Below, one piece after another: positions 61,722 through 64,000 of a stretch of DNA of 64,000 nt. Under the pieces are notes generated by a model. That model was not told where the DNA came from. It ran no database searches and saw nothing but the letters and a program-made list of their open reading frames with translations. Made by a program: the position numbers and the translations under genes. The stretch spans positions 55,180,001 through 55,244,000 of the forward strand of contig CM060731.1 of the NCBI GenBank assembly GCA_030704615.1. The letters are read 5' to 3'. This stretch comes from Takakia lepidozioides (lineage: Eukaryota > Plantae > Bryophyta). Position 1 is the first letter of the stretch. Each line of letters starts with the position of its first letter.

Positions 61722-63224
61722 CAGCGTGCCGGGCTCGTCGTCACTCTGTCATCCCCAAAAATCATGAGAACCAACATCGGAATGAAAACCACCATCGCAA
61801 CGAGCACCGCAACCACCATCGCAACAATCGTGGAACAACAATGAAAACAAAAAAAAACCAAGTATGGAGTGGCATGGAACAACAATGAAAACAAATCGAA
61901 CCAATGCCTAAGAATGACATGCACAAGCAGCCTTCTCCAGAGCTGCCGGCTTTGCACACGCATTGCAAACTATCTAAGGTTCACTCAACCAGTAACATGA
62001 AACACGATGAACAAATGAACACGAATTCCATAAGACGGGAAAACAGGGTGAAATGTTTTGAAGGCACTTCATCTGCTCAGACAATCTTCTCAGCTCAGCA
62101 TGGATTTCCTTAATTCCGAGATGCAACCTATTATCTACAGCGAGGTGTGCACCCTGTTGCAAATCTGAATGCAGCAACGACCTGGCTCCTTTCTAACCAC
62201 TCTGACCTTGATCATTCTTCTCAACAACTCGTGCTTTTGCGATGCAACCATGCACTTCCAGGGCTGCCAGGCTGAAGATGCGAAAACAAACCAAAAAACG
62301 AAGAAAACCGCACGTGTTACACAAAGCGAAAGAGGAAGTGGCTTGCCTGAGAGTGCTCGGCTTCAGTTGGCGCGGGTTGTGAGCAAGACAATGGAATCTC
62401 CTGCTGGAGCTTAGGTTTGGCCATGCGAGAGGTTGGACGTCTCGTTGCGGACTTCTCTCTTTGAGGTAGCCACTCTCTGATTCGCGGATTGTTTCGTGGA
62501 AGGCGCCAGGATAGAAGGCGCATTTGGCGGGCGAATGAAGTCCCCAACAGCCCTGTATATGATGCTGTCCGATGGTGGAACTCGCCATTTCCTGCCGTCG
62601 CCGAAATCATCGTGGAGCACAACAATATTTTTGACTACAACTCCGTTTGAATCCTTCCTTTCCTCCTCCAAAAATACCGACCCCGTCAGGTGGTATCAAA
62701 CGCAGAGATATTTCTCCATCACCCGGCAGATCTCCACTCTGCACGGAAATGTAGCTCTATGCTCGTGAGGAGGGCAGTACACTATAGCGCTCGGGTTTTC
62801 TGCCATGGGAGTTGTGCACACAAGATTGCCAGGACGACGTTCGGACAAGCGCCCTGGGAGAAGGGGGGATGCAGCGAGGGGAAGGAATGTAGGGCCGATT
62901 TTTGGAAGCGACGAAGCCTATTCACGAATCCGCGGAGCCCACTCTCCCGAAAATCCACTGTTAGAGAGTTAATGAACCTTGTCTGCGGAATGCGGCCCCT
63001 GGCCTTTGCGCAATAACTGCCAACGGTATGCAGTAAGAAGGTATATGACCTGTGCAGATGCGCTGGGCAAACCACTCATTACGGCGTCTGACAAGAAGCA
63101 TGGGGGGGCGAGCGTGCAAGCACCTTCCCCATGGACAGAGGGAAGTGACAGAGGTGGCATTCCAGTGGGTCTGATTACAAGATTGAGTGCCAGAACCTCG
63201 TTGCCAATCGTCAACATACAACAG

Positions 63225-63965
63225 CGGCGCCGAATTTGCAGCCGAGGCCGGTTGGACGAAGTCGTCTCGGGGGTGAGTAAGTCACCGGGCCGACAGAGAA
63301 CATCCCCCGGATTGAAAAACGGCGCCGAATTTCCATCCGAGGCCCGTTGGATGAAGTCGTCTCGGGGGGAGAGGCCAACACATGGCCGACAGAGAACATC
63401 CCCCGGATGGAAAAACGGCGCTGAATTTCCATCCGAGGCCCGTTGGATGAAGTCATCTCAGGGGGAGAGGCCGACACCTGGCCAACTAAGATCATCCCCC
63501 GGATGGAAATTTGGCGTCGTTTTTCCATCCGAGCCGGCCGGATGAAGTCGTCTCGGGGGGAGAGGCCGACACCTGGCCGACAGAGAATATCCCCCGGATG
63601 GAAAAACGGCGCCGTCCGAGGCCCGTTGGATGAAGTCGTCACGGGGGGAGAGGCCGACACCTGGCCGACTGAAATCATCCCCCGGATGGAAATTCGGCGC
63701 CGTTTTTCCATCCAAGCCGGCCGGATGAAGTCGTCTCGGGGGGAGAGGCCGACACCTGGCCGACACGGAATATCCCCTGGATGGAAATTCGGCGCCGAAT
63801 TTCCATCCGAGGCCCGTTGGATGAAGTCGTCTCGGGGGGAGAGGCCGACACATGGCCGACAGAGAACATCCCTCGGATGGAAATTCGGCGCCATTTTTCT
63901 ATCCGAGCCGGCCGGATGAAGTCGTCTCGGGGGGAGAGGCCGACACCTGGCCGACAGAGAACATC
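63225..63965. repeat. 96-bp tandem array (about 7.5 units), same family as 47497-48615
   Basis: ggatgaagtcgtctcggggggagaggccgacacctggccgacagag units; the palindrome core is flipped in some units. Confidence 0.95.
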
Positions 63966-64000
63966 CGTCGCCCGTAGTACAAAGCCTTCAGCTTCCGCCG

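Larger units (their letters stand above)
56036..64000 (-). mobile_element. MULE copy 3 (inverted relative to copy 1; extends beyond the window; right TIR lost)
   Basis: High-identity reverse complement of 36015-41935, plus an extra 1528 bp (62438-63965). Confidence 0.8.

Noticed and set aside
36021-63986. GGCTTTGTACTACGGGCGACG at both ends, as TIRs of a 28-kb element
   Set aside because: No TSD, and homology continues outward (CCGCCG after a 9-bp indel), so it is internal to the larger inverted duplication

Overview
Eukaryotic, TE-rich DNA from a land plant. PLS-DYW PPR pseudogenes, GT-AG introns and heavy CG/CHG C>T decay point to a non-seed plant such as a bryophyte (inference). From left to right: (1) 850-9348 is a minus-strand Ty3/Gypsy-type retroelement encoding gag, zinc knuckles, aspartic protease, a C5 cytosine DNA methyltransferase, an integrase C-terminal tail and a PHD finger; RT, RNaseH and the integrase core are deleted. 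It has a 4-bp TSD but split direct repeats (B...A-ac-B-A) instead of normal LTRs. (2) About 9.9-14.8 kb holds decayed TE-like genes, including a Ulp1-type protease and a C2H2 protein. (3) A conserved uncharacterised multi-exon host gene lies at about 24.7-32.0 kb (minus), with several copies of one LINE family in and beside it. (4) 36-64 kb contains three rearranged copies of a Mutator-like DNA transposon, one with both TIRs and a 9-bp TSD. Its cargo is an intron-containing gene fusing a ParB/Srx-like domain (DGNHR) to a prokaryote-type beta-class N6A/N4C amino-methyltransferase. The element carries more than 40 copies of the palindrome GGAAA-N3-GGCGCC-N3-TTTCC and is interleaved with PPR-DYW pseudogenes. 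The best candidates for undescribed systems are the ParB-MTase MULE with its palindrome arrays and the split-repeat DNMT-Gypsy element. All protein assignments are by-eye motif recognition, not database searches.
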